A stretch of DNA of 64,000 nucleotides from Takakia lepidozioides. Lineage: Eukaryota > Plantae > Bryophyta. The notes under the pieces are model-generated. The model saw only the letters and a program-made list of their open reading frames with translations, was not told the origin of the DNA and did not search any database. Position 1 is the stretch's first letter. Every line of letters begins with the position of its first letter. Both the position numbers and the translations under genes were made by a program. Location of the stretch: positions 13,082,001 through 13,146,000 of the forward strand of contig CM060733.1 of assembly GCA_030704615.1 (NCBI GenBank), written 5' to 3'. This document shows positions 58,901 through 64,000 of this stretch, in pieces.

Positions 58901-61433
58901 TTGGGATTAGTCTGGCTCAAGGAAGGTGAGCCTACCACCCTCCTGGGTCACACCTTTGGCATCAATCTCACGGAAGAATAGAGGATGGGCCCTACCCTGC
59001 AAAAACTCAAGAAGCAGTTAGCGTACTGGGGTTCCTGTCACCTGTCCATCACTGGTAGGGCATTGGTTGCTAACCAAATCCTCCCTGCGGGATTGTGGTA
59101 CTTTGCCTCCACATGGAAGCCCAACTCTGTTACGATTCTAGATGCAAAAAGATGTATCAGAAACTACATTTGGGGCGCTGCCTCTTCGGAGTTCAACAAA
59201 TTACCCCAAGTCTCTTGGCAACAGATATGTCTGCCCAAGAAATTGGGAGGGTTGGGGATCCTTGATCCAGATACACAGATAAAAGCACTATTGGGTAAGT
59301 GGTTGCCAAGATATCTAGGTCCAGAGGGAGGATGGTGGAAGCTCATGATAGCACCCTCCATCTCTGCCAGCTCCCCCCTGCTCACCACGTCTTGGGCACC
59401 CTCCAGTCGTTGGATTGTCCAGGGTTTTAATCATAAGAGTCCAGGGTCCCCTCTTTGGTCTTCAATCTGGAGCGCTTGGAAATCTATCAAGCCCTTTCTG
59501 AGAAAACAGGAGCCTTCTACCTTTCATGAATGCTTGAGGCAACACCTCTTCTTCAATAGTCCGAATCCTTCTCTGGAAGAGAAAAACATGGCTAAAAATG
59601 GGCTGCTTGGGAAATTTGCGGGGTCTCAACAATCAAGCACCTCTGGGAGAGCACTCCTCAAACCCTCCAAGCAGCCCTGGGAGCCCGTCGTCTTAGATCA
59701 AGCATCTCTCAAATCATTTCTTCTATTTCAGATCCTTGGAAGCTATTGTTCAAAGAAGGCCCTCCCCAGTTTATGACTGGTCAATGGGTCCTCATTGGCT
59801 CCCCGACACCCTCAGTCCTCTATCTCACTGAAATATCTAGGCATTTTCTCGCAGGACATATTTTCCGACACGATGATTTTTCGGGATCTCTTACGCTCAT
59901 TTCCCAGCATGTGGACTCATACCTGCCGGGCTTGGCCACCCCTGCTAGGGTCTATCAGTGGTCTGCCAAAACAAAGATGACCCTAGCAGTGGTCTGCCAA
60001 AACAAAGATCCAAAATCCTATGGCTCCCAGGGATTTACCCTCTGTCCTGGCTTCAGCAGAACCTTTTTGTTCTCATAGGGGGTCTGACATCTCTTCCCTG
60101 CAACTAGATCCACAAGAGTGGAAATGGGCCTTCCGGGATAAACTCCTACCTTTCTTCTCTTACACGGCCAAAAGAGGTTATAGAGCCCAACTCGATGCCT
60201 ATCCTCTTCTCGCAAAATGGAATGAGAGATGGCTCATGAAAATTTCACAGAAGAAAACTGGGCGGTAATCTGGTCACAGGTATGGGATAAGGCCAAACCG
60301 GCAAAGATAAGCGTCTTTCTATGGCAGATTGCCAACAGAGTCTTGAAAGTGGGTCAGTACGTAAATTTCAGGGAGGCCCTACTCTGCCAATGCTGCTTCA
60401 TTGGAACCATAGAATCAATTGAGCACTGTCTCCTTTACTGCTCTGGCCCTCAGGCCATCTGGCCGCTAGTGAGAGATCTCTACATGGAGTCTAATGCCCT
60501 CTACCTCATTGGTCATCCTTCTAAACTATGATCAACAGAGCAAAAACAAAGCGTTTGATTGTCCAGTATTTGAAACATTGAGAAGCTCCACTTTATGGAA
60601 TCTCTGGAAAGGAAGATGTGACTGGACAATCAAATATGAGAATACTTCTCCTACTGCTCTCCTCACCATGGTCTTTTTTTATCTTACAGTGGCAGCTAAA
60701 AAAACATGGGCGTCCCTATGTGCAGAAGTCGCCAAGAAACCCGAGCGCAAGCCAAGACTTCTTCATACCTTCCGAGCAACTTGGGGGAAGTGTGGAATCC
60801 TTTGTCGTTGCACTGATGATCTCTCTTGTATATGGGCAGACGGAATTCCACAATGTTGGCAGAGGCACAGATCTAAGCTTTTGGGCCTCCCCTGAGTTTG
60901 ACAGATCTGACATTAATTGGAGGCACATCAGGCCTTCCTCAGGAACTAGACTCCATTTTCATAGATAGACTCCCTTTAGCTCCTTCTTCTCCTTCTTTTT
61001 AAGCATTGCTGGTCCTTGCCCCTGCTTCTTCTTCGCTCCCCCACCCCTGCCTTTCTCTCCCCTCAGTTTCAGTCATTCCGTTTACCCCCAGTTTACCGTC
61101 AAAACCCCCTGGGGCTAGCCCGCCGTTATGGCCTTCAGATTTGTTAGGCTTCGAAGTCCTCCTGAATCCAGCAGTCAATAGGCTTGCAGTTATTTGTCGA
61201 AGTGTTCCCACTTCCTCGGTTATCTTCGTTATCATGGGAGTTTTTTCTCCCACCCTTACCTGGGATAGGTATTTCTCGCTACAGTTCTACTGATATCCGG
61301 CATGGTTATCTATGCGACATGCCTTATGGCAGCCTTCGGGCACACAAGGGTTTTTATTTTTTCCCTTCAATAACTTCAATAAAGCTTTTAGGGCCACAAT
61401 ACATGTTCTATAAAAAAATAAAAAATAAAAAAA
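56000..61433 (+). mobile_element. L1/Tx1-type LINE with ORF1 and an internally deleted, disrupted ORF2; A-rich tail. 5' boundary approximate
   Basis: ORF1 56551..57864 has a CYNCGMSGHLGANC zinc knuckle. ORF2 pieces: SVRQGCPLAPFLF, FVDD, SGFKVNWTKT, VSWQQICLPKKLGGLGI and zf-RVT PAKISVFLW...CQCC...ESIEHCLLYC. AATAAA and an A-rich tail at 61412-61433. Confidence 0.9.
56551..57864 (+). CDS. LINE ORF1 (gag-like, CCHC zinc knuckle), probably ending at a premature stop
   Basis: 437-aa ORF with RRM-like GKGFFSI and CX2CX4HX4C. A plausible reading frame continues past the TAA. Confidence 0.75.
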   Translation: MGPKFNRVFKPAPPRTGPSRLVQFRRRLPSTGTGFYMAHQVQAIGLIHPVPSPLNLPLATNYAPSSSSLPAPAQGNVSDSSPQRSSPPSLGTDLEDGSPGDVSALQQAMNKDYPLLDIDMVHLDGQVADVKSKGVLLHFPGKKVGRTVAREWAIRHLGGSGDLNHHFCQPRGKGFFSIILESRETAEEALSFNPHLHGFNVNIFPWSIDMGNKNGKVWGPRIISLPYIPDQYIFNLPDIGNYFGSFLGYFAVFEPGTCTKALRENPARRGKTIASRPNENGFPKIMVIMPIDYILPEFIKLPIDLQRNYFSVKISEDTSHSACYNCGMSGHLGANCPKAKRNIDGSNQTGAKPATLIPSHPAPSSSQKQGLPESTFPGNPPKATGSREWISDIQQISTSPPPLQRKGRNLLDPMLLEATSAPAIELQKHNGILEWEM

Positions 61434-62187
61434 TATGATTTCAAGTACTGTTCATTTATTCATTATTTAGTCAGGTGATACTTACTACATAATATGTAAT
61501 ATAGATTAGTGCTACATATGAATTCTATATATCATATAGAGAGAAAAAAATGTCTTAAAATAATTATGAAAATATGAGTGTAATAGTGCATATATCCTAC
61601 TTTTTCCAGTATAATAAATTAAAAATGTCCCTCTCAGACTTTTTCCTATATATATATATATATATTCCGAATATAATTATTAGCAATTCACATCCTTAAC
61701 ATGGCATGGAATGGGAGTACCATTGATACTATGCAATAGCTCAAAATGGTACGTAATTTATTGCCATCAATGTATGGCAGTGCATATCAACGAAGAGCAT
61801 GGGATGGTCCATGCACATTTGCATACATTGGTGTGAATGTATGACGTCGAACATGGGAATGCGCCCTAACTTGACGTGCTTGAGAGAAGTTTGCATTAAT
61901 TTAATTTAATTTAATTTTTAATTTTAATTTTAAATCTGGAATGTCTAGCAAGGGCAATCAGACTACTTTTTCATTTGGAGAAAAATCGCCAAATTTTGAC
62001 CTGGGAAAGGGTCAGCTATTTTTACAAAGGAGTTATCGAGGATAAAGTAAAGTAAAGTTTGTTTAACATCCAGTGAATCTACAGGGCCCACTGTTCAACA
62101 CACTGTCGTGCACCTAAGCATTGTGCCACAACATACATTGTTGTTCAACCATTCTCCCTAGCATATAATCCTAGAAAGCTATGCCAC

Positions 62188-62652
62188 AATCGCCCCCCTA
62201 GCTGGTGATTAGCTCCCTCTAACACCGGATAGTTTGCAAGTATCCACCCCAATAAGATCATCGCTTGGTCTTCCATTGCACAAGTCCCAGTATCTGAAGT
62301 CGATAGATCAAGAGGCCGTGTGCAAAAGTAGCCCCATCGTTAGTCGTCTTCCTACAATCCATGATCTTCAGTCGAATGTCTATGGCAGTGAATCCCCACT
62401 AACAAGACCTTGGATCATTTGTCAACCTCACCATTGTCATGCTCACTACCTTTGTCCAAGACAGCGTGGACACAACTATTCGCCGATAGGAACCTCCTCA
62501 AGTAGCGGTGTCAAACATCCCATGTGTCATCTCTTGGAGCATTTGTCACACACCAACATGGTTGTGGCACCCCCAGCATGCCCATATAACATGCAACGCA
62601 ACCCTGTAGGTACCACTGCAAGATTGGGATTTATCATCTCATCCGGGGATTG
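62188..62652 (-). mobile_element. LTR retroelement 3' remnant: PHD finger plus polypurine tract and TG start
   Basis: 62652-62446 translates to INPNLAVVPTGLRCMLYGHAGGATTMLVCDKCSKR*HMGCLTPLLEEVPIGE*LCPRC, a decayed C4HC3 PHD finger. Downstream is AGGGGGGCGAT|TGTGGCA (polypurine tract, then TG at 62188). Confidence 0.65.
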
Positions 62653-62656
62653 CTAA

Positions 62657-62726
62657 ACCGTGAGCAGAATCTGTGAGCAGAAAATTCCGTGAGCAGAATT
62701 CTGCTCACGCTTCTCGATGTGCTCAC
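62657..62726. repeat. GTGAGCAGAA repeat cluster with palindrome
   Basis: Three GTGAGCAGAA copies. The last forms the perfect palindrome GTGAGCAGAATTCTGCTCAC. Confidence 0.85.
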
Positions 62727-63266
62727 TTATAACCGCGGACACCTATTCAGCTTAGAGGACCTATTACTGCGGGTAGTGTCCAGTATAACATGCATATCAA
62801 TTCATCGTTATGGATGAATGACGGATGAATGATGGATGAATGGGCGATGAATATATGTTGGACGAATGGCACATGGATGAATGTAGTTTGTGGTTGAATG
62901 CAAAATTAAAAAGCATTTTTGAGTAGTGGTTGTCAAATCCCCCGAGCTCCAGAATGAACCTCTGCCAACTATAGAGGGTTGTGGTTGTCCTTTCATCAGG
63001 TATCCTAAGTCGAGAGATATGCTGACACCCAATTGCAAAGAAGGTGGAGAGGCCATTTGGTGCTTTAATATAAATCATTTGAAAACAGCCGATTCATTCC
63101 GACGAAAATATCCACTGCTACGGAGTCCAAAACGAAGGAAGAACTGTCTATGAAGACACTAGCCTTGCTCTGCACAAAATCCTCTTTATCGTAAAGCACA
63201 GGAGAGGGAGAAGAGAATAGACTAAATTTGCAAGCTGCAGCCTCCGCATAACATGACATCTATAAC

Positions 63267-64000
63267 GTCTTCTGGTGTGTTATTTGGAATGGCATCTACA
63301 AATTGTTGGGACCACATAACTTATAATTTGTTGTCATGTCCTTCTTCCATGTGACCAAAAATCCATGCTGGGTAAACGCCAGGTTTTTTGCTTGCAAAGC
63401 AGGGGTTAGGTTCATTTGCAAGTTTTCCAATTTTAATTTTATTTTTATTTTTCTCCGAATGTGCCAGATTAATGTGTCGTCAACGACACCTTAATCTACC
63501 TTAATCTGACTAGTCTTCTGGTGTGTTATTTGGGATGAATGGCATCTACAAATTGCTTGGACCACATAACTTATGATTCGTTGTCATGTCATTCTTCCAT
63601 GTGACCAGAAATCCATGTTGGGTAAACACTAGGTCTTTTGCTTGCAAAGCAGGGGTTGGGTTCATTTGCAAGTTTTCCAATTTTTATTTTTATTTTATTT
63701 TTTCCCGAATGTGCCAGATTAAGGTGTCGTCAACGACACCTTAATTTGGCTGGTCTTCTGGTGTGTTATTTGGGTGAATGACATCTACAAATTGCTCGGA
63801 CCACATAACTTATGATTCATTGTCATGTCCTTCTTCTATGTGACCAGAAATCCATGCTGGGTAAACGGTCTTTTGCTTGCAAAGCAGGGGTTGGGTTCAT
63901 TTGCAAGTTTTCCAATTTGACACCTTAATCTGGCTGGTCTTTCGGTGTGCTATTTGGGGTGAATGACATCTACAAATTACTCGGCTTATGATTCGTTGTC
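63267..64000 (+). repeat. ~240-bp tandem array, at least 4 units, running off the window; Helitron-like unit termini
   Basis: Units start at 63267, 63513, 63753 and 63937. Complete units end with GCCAGATTAAGGTGTCGT-CA-ACGACACCTTAAT(C/T)TGGC followed by CTAG or CTGG, then TC. Confidence 0.9.

Noticed and set aside
61717-61833. Short hairpins as possible miRNA precursors
   Set aside because: The stems are short and imperfect, and there is no recognisable miRNA sequence.
63267-64000. CRISPR-like array (palindromic repeat at regular spacing)
   Set aside because: The sequences between palindromes are near-identical rather than unique spacers, the context is eukaryotic, and no cas genes are present.

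Overview
Eukaryotic DNA with spliceosomal introns, most likely from a seed-free land plant (bryophyte- or lycophyte-like; this is inferred). 1-10.2 kb is a nest of transposons. A CACTA element with a spliced TnpA/Ptta-En/Spm-type gene ends at 5062. It abuts a decayed Ty3/Gypsy pol that carries a dUTPase domain between protease and RT. A second, different CACTA end lies at 10243. Five recognisable + strand genes follow: tafazzin-like acyltransferase, SYP5-type Qc-SNARE, ILP1/GCFC, condensin II CAP-G2 and a DUF1336/EDR2-C protein. There is also a five-exon 154-aa - strand gene that the ORF track largely misses. Introns have been hit repeatedly by a poly(A)-less non-LTR retrotransposon family that lands in TCT(C/T)/(TC)n tracts with 15-17 bp target-site duplications (TSDs). 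A second family has stacked its 3' ends in its own (CATTT)n tail. Other elements: a kinase pseudogene, a callose-synthase fragment, an internally deleted L1-type LINE, a PHD-finger LTR-element remnant, and a terminal ~240-bp tandem array whose units resemble head-to-tail TC...hairpin-CTRR mini-Helitrons. All calls are by eye; no database searches were run.
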